DNA from: an uncultured virus (IMG/VR IMGVR_UViG_3300010163_003618)
Lineage: Duplodnaviria; Heunggongvirae; Uroviricota; Caudoviricetes
Direction: 5' to 3' (one strand)
DNA length: 64,000 bases
IMG/VR virus record: IMGVR_UViG_3300010163_003618
Every line of letters starts with the position of its first letter. Position 1 is the first letter of the stretch. The notes beneath the pieces were generated by a model that worked only from the letters and a program-made list of their open reading frames with translations, was not told the origin of the DNA and did not search any database. The translations under genes were made by a program, and so were the position numbers. Below are positions 17,540 through 27,429 of this stretch, one piece after another.

Positions 17540-18826
17540 ATGGCAGCTAAGCTAAAAGTTGGTGACACATTAGTAAATTCTAGAGTAGCTTTAAAAGTTA
17601 CTAGTACATCAGCAGGTAAAGATGAATTTAATAGAGAACTCATAACTTGTATCTGTGGAAAATGTAATAGAGAATCAACTTATTTAAAGAAAGCATTTAT
17701 AAATGAAACTATATCAGCTTGCAAGATATGCAGCAAACAAGCAAATAAAAAGATAGATAAATTAAAATTAGAACCAGGCGACAAGATAAACAATGTTACA
17801 ATAGATAAAATTGATACAGTAGGCAATTCAATAAGATTGCAGTTTACATGCAATATATGCAAGAAGCAGCACAAGGTTTATAAAGATTCGGCTGATAAAA
17901 TTTCTAAGAGTGAAATAAGATGTAACTGTGAGGACTTTAAGAAAGGTAAGAAACAAATAGGACTTATAGAGGGATATCATACTGATAATGAGCCAAAACT
18001 TATGAGAAAGAAAGCAGCAGTAGCATTAAAACCAGATAACATATTTCAAAGAGAGATTCCTGGTTTTAGATATATAGGTTCATCAGTACAAGGTGTTAAG
18101 TCAGTATCATTTTCATATCAATGTTTGGATTGTTTAAGTATAATAAATATTCCAGAAGGAAGAGTAACAGCTGGAAATTGTGATATAACTTGTAAAAGAT
18201 GTAAGGAACTTAAAGATAATAATTCAATAACATTAACTAAAATGGATTGGGTAGGATATATAAATAATTGTCGCAGAGTACAAAGGGTTTATACAAGTGA
18301 TTCTAATATAAAAATGTGTGAAGTACAATGTATAATATGTGGAAGCACTGAAAAAATGCCTTTAGCAACTTTTATAAGTGACCAAACACTTATTTGTAAA
18401 GAATGTAGTACAAATATATTAAAGTTAAGATGCCCTATATGTGGGGAAGCACATATTAAAACTTCTATAAAAGCATTATATAATACAAACAACAGTGGAT
18501 ACACATGTACAACAACAGGTAAAAAGATAGATAAAGAAGATTTAATATCTGATCATGAATTTGAAATTGAAAAACAGTATATAAAATCTAAATACAGTGG
18601 TAAATATAACTTTGCAAGAAGAATAAAAGGAAGAAATGGGATAGCAAATATGATAGTATTTGATTCTGGATATACTGGAACCAATGGAGAATTTTATAAT
18701 AACTGTATGTGTATTGAGCATAACAAGTTTATGTCTTTATCAGACAGTGAGTTACAAAAATATATGCATGAATATTGCATGGAAACTAGAATGATGCCTT
18801 ATAATCAAAATGGAAAGCTTGTATAA
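17540..18826 (+). CDS. Multi-zinc-ribbon (CxxC repeat) protein
   Basis: CGKC, CKIC, CNIC, CLDC, CKRC, CIIC, CKEC, CPIC in repeated modules. Confidence 0.6.
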   Translation: MAAKLKVGDTLVNSRVALKVTSTSAGKDEFNRELITCICGKCNRESTYLKKAFINETISACKICSKQANKKIDKLKLEPGDKINNVTIDKIDTVGNSIRLQFTCNICKKQHKVYKDSADKISKSEIRCNCEDFKKGKKQIGLIEGYHTDNEPKLMRKKAAVALKPDNIFQREIPGFRYIGSSVQGVKSVSFSYQCLDCLSIINIPEGRVTAGNCDITCKRCKELKDNNSITLTKMDWVGYINNCRRVQRVYTSDSNIKMCEVQCIICGSTEKMPLATFISDQTLICKECSTNILKLRCPICGEAHIKTSIKALYNTNNSGYTCTTTGKKIDKEDLISDHEFEIEKQYIKSKYSGKYNFARRIKGRNGIANMIVFDSGYTGTNGEFYNNCMCIEHNKFMSLSDSELQKYMHEYCMETRMMPYNQNGKLV

Positions 18827-18949
18827 TTACATTTAAATATAAGAGATATATTTAATTAATTTTGATTTTCAAGATTACCAAGAAAAGGCATTTAAAAATA
18901 TACACATGAAAAAACAATAAAAAATATTTAGCATAGGTAGGGCTAAGAA

Positions 18950-19261
18950 ATGCAAATAAAAATTGAAAAAGATAAAACTTATAAAGACAAAGTAAATTAT
19001 AAGACAATACATGGCAAATTTCCATATAAACTTTATTTGGAGATAAAAGGCAGCTGCAATTATGGTAGATATATAGTAGTAGTAAGCAATAAGCCTATAA
19101 CTGGTGTGGATTCTATTTCAATAAAAGCTGAATCACCTGAACAAATAAATAGTGAATTTATGAAAGATAGATATTCAAACCTTAAAGTAAGAGAAATAGA
19201 CATATTTAAACTAAATGATAATCCAGTACATGTGTTTAAATTGGCAGAGGATAAAAAATGA
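18950..19261 (+). CDS. Hypothetical protein
   Basis: 103 aa ORF. Confidence 0.55.
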   Translation: MQIKIEKDKTYKDKVNYKTIHGKFPYKLYLEIKGSCNYGRYIVVVSNKPITGVDSISIKAESPEQINSEFMKDRYSNLKVREIDIFKLNDNPVHVFKLAEDKK

Positions 19262-19638
19262 GACAAGAAGCATTAAACAATAAAGACAATAAAGACAGTA
19301 AAGACAGTAAAGACAAAATTGACTTTATCTCTAAATTCTACTGTACAGTAAATAAGCCAGTATATTACATTATAACAATACTGTCAATAGTTCCATTTAT
19401 AGTAGCGTCTGCATTGTATAACACTAGTGGTACAAATATAATATTTTTCATGTCAATAATAGTATATACAATAGCACAGTATATTTTATATAGTATTTGT
19501 AAAAATAAAAAAGACATTAAGATTCAAAGAGTATCATTACCTAAAAAGACAATGTTTATAGTAAGTTCAATTTTTGCAGTAATAATAATTTTATTCATGA
19601 TAGCTGTATATTTTTCGAATATAAAGGAAATAATATAA
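19258..19638 (+). CDS. Small 3-TM membrane protein
   Basis: Three hydrophobic segments; 9-bp AAAGACA(A/G)T repeats near the start. Confidence 0.6.
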   Translation: MRQEALNNKDNKDSKDSKDKIDFISKFYCTVNKPVYYIITILSIVPFIVASALYNTSGTNIIFFMSIIVYTIAQYILYSICKNKKDIKIQRVSLPKKTMFIVSSIFAVIIILFMIAVYFSNIKEII

Positions 19639-19660
19639 AAGCAGAGAGGAGATATGAAAA

Positions 19661-19912
19661 ATGGCAAAATTAGGAAGTAAAAATAAGATTACAGTAACAG
19701 AAAGAGGAGTGCTTACGGGTTTACTAATGAGAGAAGAGAGACAGAATAACCTTACCGAAAGTGGTGAGGCTATTGAAACTCCTTGGTATTACAAATATCT
19801 TGATTCCTATAACTCTGAAAAAATTGAAAGAGCACATGAGATGAAGGTAGAACTAGATGCTAGCAAAGCTGACATGGTAGAAGATAGTAAAGCTGACATG
19901 GTAGAGGCTTAA
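19661..19912 (+). CDS. Hypothetical protein
   Basis: 83 aa; C-terminal SKADMVE duplicated. Confidence 0.55.
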   Translation: MAKLGSKNKITVTERGVLTGLLMREERQNNLTESGEAIETPWYYKYLDSYNSEKIERAHEMKVELDASKADMVEDSKADMVEA

Positions 19913-19965
19913 CAAAACATCAGAGAATATAGAAAATAATTGACATAGGCGTTAGTAATAATGAG

Positions 19966-20000
19966 AGGACACCTAATAAATCCATTAGGTGTCCTTTTTT
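19966..20000 (+). terminator. Intrinsic terminator
   Basis: AGGACACCTAAT/ATTAGGTGTCCT plus T-tract. Confidence 0.85.
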
Positions 20001-20037
20001 ACAAAAACAAGTTAAATTAAGGGGACTTACTAAAAAT

Positions 20038-20796
20038 ATGAAATACATGGGTTCAAAATCAAAAATAGCAGATGATATATTGCCTTTTATACATAGTTAT
20101 ATAGTATCAGAAGGCATTGATACATATATTGAGCCATTTGTAGGTGGTTGTAATATAATTGATAAAGTGCAATGCAAAAATAGATTAGCATATGATAAGA
20201 ATAAGTATCTTATAGCATTGTTTAAGTATCTTCAAAATGGTGGTGAATTACCAGAAAATATATCTAAGGATCAGTATGTAGATTGTAGAATACATTATCA
20301 AGCAAAAGATAAATATTATCCAGATTGGTATTTGGCAGCAGTAGGTTTCTTAGCAAGCTACAATGGTAGATTCTTTGATGGTGGATATGCAAATGCAAAC
20401 ATAAGTAACAATAACTATAGAAATTATTATGATGAAGCAAAAAGAAATATACTTAAACAAATGCAATCATTACAAGATGTAAAGTTTGAGGTAGCAGACT
20501 ATAAAACATTAAAACCTAAAAAGAGTTTAATATATGCAGATCCACCTTATGCAGGAACAAAAGGATATCTGACAATAACAAAAAAATTTAATCATCCTGA
20601 ATTTTGGGATATTATAAGAGAATGGAGTAAGGATAACATAGTATTAGTAAGTGAAGAACAAGCACCTGATGATTTTGATATAGTATGGGAAAAAGAAGTA
20701 GATAGAACCATACAAGCTCAAAACAAAAGTAAAGCAACAGAAAAATTATTTATGCATAAAAGTTATAATCAGTTATCATATGATTTTGATTTTTAA
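20038..20796 (+). CDS. DNA adenine methyltransferase (D12/Dam class), orphan
   Basis: KYMGSK, EPFVGG and DPPY motifs; no adjacent endonuclease. Confidence 0.9.
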   Translation: MKYMGSKSKIADDILPFIHSYIVSEGIDTYIEPFVGGCNIIDKVQCKNRLAYDKNKYLIALFKYLQNGGELPENISKDQYVDCRIHYQAKDKYYPDWYLAAVGFLASYNGRFFDGGYANANISNNNYRNYYDEAKRNILKQMQSLQDVKFEVADYKTLKPKKSLIYADPPYAGTKGYLTITKKFNHPEFWDIIREWSKDNIVLVSEEQAPDDFDIVWEKEVDRTIQAQNKSKATEKLFMHKSYNQLSYDFDF

Positions 20797-20830
20797 TCAT
20801 TATATTAAGAATAGGAAAGAGGGGATATAA

Positions 20831-21310
20831 ATGCAGAACAATAGAGAAATAATTAAAAACAATCTGATAAATAACTTTATACCTACCAAATATATTACAT
20901 TAGACAGTGAATATATAATAACACTCATAGTGATAAGTATATTAGGCAATATAATTATCAACATGAAAAATTCACACATAACATGGGTATTGAGTATAGT
21001 GCTATTAGTATATAATGTGATACATGCTATATATCTAAAAAGGCAACATATAAGAATAACACAACTAGGATTGTTATTAACAACAGCACTTGTATATATA
21101 GCATATATAATATGGTTTACATTAATATCAAAGAACAGTTTAGTAATAACATTATTTAAAGGTTTTGGCATTGGAATAAAGTGTTATATAACACAACAAA
21201 TAGCATACATAATTGTAAGAATACAAGAAAGAAATGAGATTAAACGTATAAAAAATATAAGTAAACAAATGAATAAATATGAAAACAAAATAAATAAGAT
21301 AATGCATTAA
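20831..21310 (+). CDS. Membrane protein
   Basis: About four hydrophobic segments. Confidence 0.55.
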   Translation: MQNNREIIKNNLINNFIPTKYITLDSEYIITLIVISILGNIIINMKNSHITWVLSIVLLVYNVIHAIYLKRQHIRITQLGLLLTTALVYIAYIIWFTLISKNSLVITLFKGFGIGIKCYITQQIAYIIVRIQERNEIKRIKNISKQMNKYENKINKIMH

Positions 21311-21504
21311 TAAAACAAAAGATAAAATAAATATTATGCATTAAAAGTTAGGTAAAAGATCTATAAATGATGTATATAATGGTAGCATTAAGAAAAAATT
21401 GATATACATTGGAGTAAAATCTACATTATTTAAAATTAATATTCAGTGGTTAGTAATTTATGGGTAGATAAAAATTTTAAAATCAACTTCAGAATGATCT
21501 TAAG

Positions 21505-21573
21505 ATGCATTGGGTAAAAACTAGGGTATGCATAGGGTAAAAATTTAGGTATACCTGGGGTACTAAAATTTTT
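21505..21573 (+). repeat. Three 23-bp-period imperfect direct repeats (iteron-like)
   Basis: ATGCATTGGGTAAAAA at 21505, ATGCATAGGGTAAAAA at 21528, ATACCTGGGGTACTAA at 21551. Confidence 0.7.
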
Positions 21574-21687
21574 TAGGAATTTTTGCGAGAGTTTAATGAC
21601 CGGATTTTTGATAAAATTGATTTTAATTAATATACAATAGGCATGAGATAGGTAAAAGACAACACAAATATAGGTGGGACATTTAAT

Positions 21688-23079
21688 ATGCAAGTAACAT
21701 ACTTACAAAAATATACATATGAAGTAGCAAACATGGGATATAACATATTTCTAACAGGTGATGCAGGAACAGGAAAGAGTTTTATCATTAATAAATATAT
21801 AAAAGACAAAGAAAAGCAAGGTTATAACGTGATGAAGCTAGCATCTACTGGTATAGCAGCATCTAATATAAATGGTGTAACTATTCATAAAGAGTTTAAG
21901 TTACCTACAGGAGTATTATCAAACAAATTAGCATCATATGATGACATAGATGAATGCTTGATAGAGTCAGACATAATAGTAATAGATGAAATAAGTATGT
22001 GTAGGGTAGACTTATTTGACTTTGTAGCAAACAAGATATTAAGAGCAAATAGCATAAGAAAAAATAGAGGATACAAAATATTACAATTTATTGTAGTAGG
22101 TGACTTTTTTCAATTACCACCTGTCATCACAGAATATGATAAAAATGCATTAGATAAAATATATGGTCATGATATAGGTAGTGGATTTGCATTTCAATCT
22201 AAATTCTGGAATATGTTTGAGTTTAAAAATATTATTTTAACTGAAGTAATAAGACAATCTAATAGAGAGTTTCTTACACAATTAAATAAGTTAAGAATAG
22301 GTGATAAATCATCATTAGACTATTTCTACAATAATTCAAATAAAAATGAAATTGAAGGTGCAATAACAATTTGCAGTAAAAACTCTGAAGTAGCTGAAAT
22401 AAACAACAGAGAATTGAATAAAATCAGTGGAGATGCAGTAGAATACAGAGCAATATTAAATGGTGACGTAAACTACAATGACACTGTAGCAGAGTTTAAT
22501 CTGGTACTAAAGCCGAATGCACGTATAATGATGTTAGTCAATCAGTCAAGTTATAATAATGGTACATTTGGGTTTGTAAAAGAATTAAATAAAGATTATA
22601 TAATGGTGCAACTAGATTCAGGCATAATAGAAAAAATTGAAAGATATACATGGGAAATATATAAATATGATATTATAGATGAGACAGAATCTACTGAAAA
22701 TAAAAAGAAACTAACTAAGAGGGTTGTAGGGACACTTGAGCAATTTCCAGTGAAACTTGCATATGCTATTACAATACACAAAAGCCAAGGGCAAACATAT
22801 GATTATGTAAATTTAAGTCCTTATTGCTGGGATTGTGGTCAGCTTTATACAGCATTATCACGTGTAAAATCATTAAGTAACATGTATATAAAATATGATA
22901 TAGACACAAGATATGCAGTAATAGCATTAAGTGTAGTTAAATTTCATAATGAAATGGTAAAAACAGCTAATCAGACAGTTCAACCTATGCAAAATGAAGA
23001 AAATAACACTAAACATAAGGATAAAGACATTCAAAATGATATGGATACAATACAAAATTTATTAAGGGACTTAAAATAA
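21688..23079 (+). CDS. Pif1/RecD-like SF1B helicase, copy 1
   Basis: TGDAGTGKS, DEISM, GDFFQLPPV, AYAITIHKSQG, LYTALSR. Confidence 0.92.
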   Translation: MQVTYLQKYTYEVANMGYNIFLTGDAGTGKSFIINKYIKDKEKQGYNVMKLASTGIAASNINGVTIHKEFKLPTGVLSNKLASYDDIDECLIESDIIVIDEISMCRVDLFDFVANKILRANSIRKNRGYKILQFIVVGDFFQLPPVITEYDKNALDKIYGHDIGSGFAFQSKFWNMFEFKNIILTEVIRQSNREFLTQLNKLRIGDKSSLDYFYNNSNKNEIEGAITICSKNSEVAEINNRELNKISGDAVEYRAILNGDVNYNDTVAEFNLVLKPNARIMMLVNQSSYNNGTFGFVKELNKDYIMVQLDSGIIEKIERYTWEIYKYDIIDETESTENKKKLTKRVVGTLEQFPVKLAYAITIHKSQGQTYDYVNLSPYCWDCGQLYTALSRVKSLSNMYIKYDIDTRYAVIALSVVKFHNEMVKTANQTVQPMQNEENNTKHKDKDIQNDMDTIQNLLRDLK

Positions 23080-23080
23080 A

Positions 23081-24379
23081 ATGAATTTGAACATGTTTAA
23101 AAGTGATAAAGAGTATGAAAGAAATGGTTTTACCTATATGCAATTTTATGGATATAACGTAATGCTAAGTGGAAGCAATGTATTTTTGACAGGCGATGCA
23201 GGAACAGGTAAGAGTTACTTACTTAATAGATTTATAAGACATTGTTTAGACAACAATAAAAATATAGCAGTTACAGCTCCAACTGGTATAGCAGCATTAA
23301 ATATAAATGGTGCAACACTGCATAGAACATTTAAGTTAGGATTAAACCCATTAGTAACTCCTATAAGTGAAATTAAAGTACCTGGTATTTTAATGAAAAT
23401 AGATACAATAATTATAGACGAAATTAGTATGTGTAGAATAGACCTATTTGAGCATGTAATGAAAGCAATAGGTAAAGCTAATAAACAAAGGAAAATTAAT
23501 GGTAAGCCAGTAATTCAAATAGTAGTTTGTGGTGATTTCTTTCAATTACCGCCTGTTATAACAGAGAGAGATAAGGCAGTTTTAAATGAATACTATGGGT
23601 GCGACATAGGAAAGGGTTATGCATTCCAGTCATCATTGTGGAACAAAGTAGGATTTGTAAATATAGTACTTAATGAAGTAGTAAGGCAACATGATAAAAA
23701 ATTTGCAAACATATTAAATGGAGCAAGAATAGGTATAAAGAGTAGCATAGGCAAAATAAGGGAGTTAAGTGCAAAAGAAAAAATTGAGAATGCAATAATA
23801 CTAACTTATAAGAACAAAGAAGTAGATGACATAAACAATTCAGAATTAAGAAAAATAAAAGCTGGATTAAGGTCATACGAAGCTGATATTGACGGTGAAG
23901 TTAAGGAATCTGATAAACCTACATTAGATATTTTAAATTTAAAAGTGTCAGCAAGAGTTATGACACTGATAAATGATGGTGGAGGTAAATATAAAAACGG
24001 ATCATTAGGGACAATATCAGGACTGACAGATGATTATATTTATATAGCCATGGATTCCACTGGTGAGGAAGTAAAGATTTCTAAATATACATGGAATATA
24101 ATAAAATATTCATTTGAGGGTAAGAAATTAAAAGGTGATGTAATAGGTACATTTACACAATTTCCAGTGAAACTTGCATATGCTATTACAATACACAAAA
24201 GCCAAGGGCAAACATATGATGCTGTTAATTTAAATCCTTATGCATGGGAATGTGGGCAGCTATATGTAGCATTATCACGTGTAAAATCAATAGAAAACTT
24301 GCATTTATTGAATTTCTTATCAGAAAATTATTTAATAACATCAAGATTGGTGCAAGATTTTTATAGAAATTTAAAATAA
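23081..24379 (+). CDS. Pif1/RecD-like SF1B helicase, copy 2
   Basis: Same motif set; tandem paralog. Confidence 0.92.
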   Translation: MNLNMFKSDKEYERNGFTYMQFYGYNVMLSGSNVFLTGDAGTGKSYLLNRFIRHCLDNNKNIAVTAPTGIAALNINGATLHRTFKLGLNPLVTPISEIKVPGILMKIDTIIIDEISMCRIDLFEHVMKAIGKANKQRKINGKPVIQIVVCGDFFQLPPVITERDKAVLNEYYGCDIGKGYAFQSSLWNKVGFVNIVLNEVVRQHDKKFANILNGARIGIKSSIGKIRELSAKEKIENAIILTYKNKEVDDINNSELRKIKAGLRSYEADIDGEVKESDKPTLDILNLKVSARVMTLINDGGGKYKNGSLGTISGLTDDYIYIAMDSTGEEVKISKYTWNIIKYSFEGKKLKGDVIGTFTQFPVKLAYAITIHKSQGQTYDAVNLNPYAWECGQLYVALSRVKSIENLHLLNFLSENYLITSRLVQDFYRNLK

Positions 24380-24401
24380 ACAAAAAGGAAGGTAAAGAAA
24401 A

Positions 24402-25472
24402 ATGAAGTATTCCTACAGAGACAGTGTAAAATTATGTATTGAACCTCAGGAGTTTAACAAAAACAGTGGAAAAGAAGTATTACAATATGCAGTTGGTGGA
24501 TTGCTGTATATGCCAGCAAGTAACACTAAAATAGCTAGTAAAATCATAAGCGGAGAATACAGCTTTGTAAAAAGTATGGTACTTGACTTAGAGGATGCCT
24601 TAGGTGATGATCTAGTAGGGTTTGGACAAAGGACAATCAAGGATACTATAAGAGAAATAGGTAAGGCAGTTGAGGATGGTAAAATTACAATAAATGAAGT
24701 TCCTTTAATATTCATAAGAGTAAGGGAGACAAAACATATATATGATACAAAAAAGATGTTAAAGGGTGATATCAAGTACATCACAGGATTTAACATTCCA
24801 AAATTTGATAAAAATAATTGTGATGATTTCATTGCTGCGTTTAAAGAAATAGCTGACTGGGCTAAAAATAAGTATGATACTACATTATATATGATGCCAA
24901 TTATAGAGAATAAAACTACAATATACAGACAGTTAAGGATGGAGAACCTTCTGTATATTAATGATAAGCTTCGTGATATAGTAGATAATGTATTAAATAT
25001 AAGGGTAGGCGGGGCAGATTTCTGTAGCGTTTATGGGATCAGGCGAAGCATGCATGATGATATTTATGACATAGGAGTTGTAAGAAGTGTATTAAATGAC
25101 ATAGTAAATGTGTTTGGTAAAAGCTATGTAGTAAGCGGTCCAGTTTGGGAATACTTTGAGAACAAGAACAATAAAGAAGATACACGGTGGTCAGAGGGTC
25201 TAAGAAAAGAACTTTACGCTGACAGACTGAATGGTTTCATTGGAAAAACATCCATACACCCTAGTCAGTTAAGTGTTATTCAAGAATCCTTAATACCATA
25301 CGACAACGACTACGAGGATGCAATGAGTATTTTGGGAATGAACACCAATACAGTTGGCGTTAAAAAGAGTATGGACGGAAACAGAATGAATGAGGCAAAA
25401 ACTCACACTAACTGGGCAAAGAAAGTGATAGGATTAGCAAAGGTTTATGGGGTAAGAACGGCAGATAACTAA
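24402..25472 (+). CDS. HpcH/HpaI aldolase-citrate lyase family C-C bond lyase (Ter-associated)
   Basis: VGGLLYMPA, LDLEDA, PLIFIRVR, NIRVGGADF, SGPVWEYF, DRLNGFIGKTSIHPSQ, MNEAKTHTNWA. Confidence 0.9.
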   Translation: MKYSYRDSVKLCIEPQEFNKNSGKEVLQYAVGGLLYMPASNTKIASKIISGEYSFVKSMVLDLEDALGDDLVGFGQRTIKDTIREIGKAVEDGKITINEVPLIFIRVRETKHIYDTKKMLKGDIKYITGFNIPKFDKNNCDDFIAAFKEIADWAKNKYDTTLYMMPIIENKTTIYRQLRMENLLYINDKLRDIVDNVLNIRVGGADFCSVYGIRRSMHDDIYDIGVVRSVLNDIVNVFGKSYVVSGPVWEYFENKNNKEDTRWSEGLRKELYADRLNGFIGKTSIHPSQLSVIQESLIPYDNDYEDAMSILGMNTNTVGVKKSMDGNRMNEAKTHTNWAKKVIGLAKVYGVRTADN

Positions 25473-25490
25473 AATTAGGACATAATAAAA

Positions 25491-25527
25491 CTGTGATACC
25501 CTTATCAATTATAAAGGGTATCACAGT
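25491..25527 (+). terminator. Hairpin/terminator
   Basis: CTGTGATACCCTT/AAGGGTATCACAG. Confidence 0.7.
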
Positions 25528-25564
25528 AAATAAAGAATAATTTAAAGATGAAAAGAGTGTTTTT

Positions 25565-26113
25565 ATGAAAAGTAATCAAAACTCGTATATAAATAGGCTA
25601 ACAATTTTTTATGACAAACATATTTATTCTGATAACAAGGAGTTTATAAAGCGGTTATAATATTTTATACTACATATTTTGTCTGTTATAGCTTCTGCTT
25701 CTTTGTGGATAGGAATGAACATTATGATAACTAGACTTGATAAACAGGAAAATAATATTAGTATGAAATGCATTATTTTTGAAATGTGTATAATACTTGT
25801 CTGCTTATATTTTGGTGAGTTCTTTTTTAATGTATCAAAACATATTATTTATGACAAATATTTTGGGTTATATAACATGATGAAGCTTATTAAGAAGAAT
25901 AGAAACTTTATCATTTATAATTCTGATGGCTGTGTAAAACTCATGTTTAGAGAGAAAGAACACTATTTTCCTGTTAATATGCATATGCTTAGAAATATGT
26001 TAGGAGCGGACAGCTGTTGTTATTTAATAAACAGTAAAACTAACGAAAATGATGTAATAGAAATTACAATTAATGCCAGAAATTTCCCTTTATATGAAAT
26101 TAATGTATGTTAA
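25565..26113 (+). pseudogene. Membrane protein gene probably interrupted by an in-frame TAA at 25658
   Basis: ATG 25565 is in frame with the 25679 ORF, separated by a single stop. Confidence 0.4.
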
Positions 26114-26177
26114 TATACATTATCTAAAGTATGTCATATAAAGGACATTATATTTTTAATTTTTATTTAGCATAAAC

Positions 26178-26206
26178 TTGATTTTTTATTAGAATTGAGG
26201 TACAAT
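26178..26206 (+). promoter_or_regulatory. sigmaA-type promoter of rpn-like gene
   Basis: TTGATT-17 nt-TACAAT. Confidence 0.55.
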
Positions 26207-26222
26207 AAAGGAGAAAAAGAAT

Positions 26223-27263
26223 ATGGGATTAGTGGATAGCATAAGCAATAATATCATGACATCAGAGAAAAATAATCTGATATTGGACAGAGCATTCAAA
26301 TCAATAGTTAAATTTAAGGGTATAGCATGTATCTTAATTAAAAATATGCTAGAGGAATACAAGGATTTAATCTATAAACAGATAGCTGAACTGATAGTAG
26401 ATAATAGACCTAAAACGTATGCATCTGATGAGGAATTATTTCAATCTGAAATAGACATGCTACCATCTGAAATGGGAGATGGAGTGGATAAAGCTATAAG
26501 ATTAGATGTTGTATTCCTTATTAAAAGACCTTGTATGCTTGGTAATAATAGTAAGCTGGAAGAATATAATAAGGTAACAATTGATTTTGAAATTCAAGAC
26601 AATAAACAAGATTACAGCATGACTAACAGAGCAGTACTTTATACAGATAAGTTACTTTCAGATACAGTTCACAGAGGTCAAAAATACAAGGATATTCATA
26701 AAGTGTATAGTGTTTGGTTATGTAATTTTAACATAACAGATGAATTTGATACTTATGGAACTGAGGATGATGACATAACATTAAATGAGTATGTTCATCC
26801 AATAAAACTTTGTAGAAGCTATCCAGGTATTCCGAAAGCATCATTTGATAAAGTGTTAGACATACAAGAAACAGTTATGGTAGAATTACCTAAGTTAAAA
26901 AGAAAAAATAATGATGTAGAGGCAATGTTAAACGAATTATTCTACAATACAAGAAATTCAATAGACAAAATATATGAGATAACAAGTATAAACTTAAAAA
27001 AATCTAAGGAGGTATACAATATGTTTGATTTAGTTAAAGAGGTAGAAGAGGAAAAAGCAAGAGCAGAAGAGGAAAAAGCAAGAGCAGATAGGGCAGAAGC
27101 AGAGAAAGAAAATATGATAAAGAGTATTATAGCAATAATACTAAAGCAAAATAAAGGTAAAGGCAAGGAGAATGTCATAAAAATGGCAGCTCATAATTTG
27201 TCAATACCTGAGGAAGATGTACAGTACGTATATGCAAAGTATTTCGAGAAAATTAACAACTGA
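26223..27263 (+). CDS. Rpn/YhgA-like PD-(D/E)XK nuclease family protein
   Basis: LDRAFK, IRLDVVF, DFEIQ, NRAVLY, KVYSVWLC and C-terminal EEEKARA repeat. Confidence 0.8.
   Translation: MGLVDSISNNIMTSEKNNLILDRAFKSIVKFKGIACILIKNMLEEYKDLIYKQIAELIVDNRPKTYASDEELFQSEIDMLPSEMGDGVDKAIRLDVVFLIKRPCMLGNNSKLEEYNKVTIDFEIQDNKQDYSMTNRAVLYTDKLLSDTVHRGQKYKDIHKVYSVWLCNFNITDEFDTYGTEDDDITLNEYVHPIKLCRSYPGIPKASFDKVLDIQETVMVELPKLKRKNNDVEAMLNELFYNTRNSIDKIYEITSINLKKSKEVYNMFDLVKEVEEEKARAEEEKARADRAEAEKENMIKSIIAIILKQNKGKGKENVIKMAAHNLSIPEEDVQYVYAKYFEKINN
27021..27263 (+). CDS. Putative internally initiated small C-terminal protein (RpnS-like antitoxin), 80 aa
   Basis: Perfect AAGGAGGT at 27006-27013 then in-frame ATG at 27021. 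Confidence 0.6.
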   Translation: MFDLVKEVEEEKARAEEEKARADRAEAEKENMIKSIIAIILKQNKGKGKENVIKMAAHNLSIPEEDVQYVYAKYFEKINN

Positions 27264-27429
27264 AAAAAGTATTAATAACCAATCTTAACTATAAACACAA
27301 CAATTTAACAACATAGAAAAATATAAAAACTCTTCATTAATAGCTTTTAAGTGATAAGTAAGAAATTTATTTTTAAACTTAAGGGTAATGGAGAGTTTTT
27401 ATTATTGCATTGGATTGGAGGATATTTAC

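Noticed and set aside
20038..20796. Restriction-modification system
   Set aside because: No adjacent endonuclease; neighbours are small membrane or hypothetical proteins, so it was called an orphan methylase
26223..27263. Insertion sequence (family often labelled transposase)
   Set aside because: No terminal inverted repeats or target duplication seen; Rpn proteins are not demonstrated transposases
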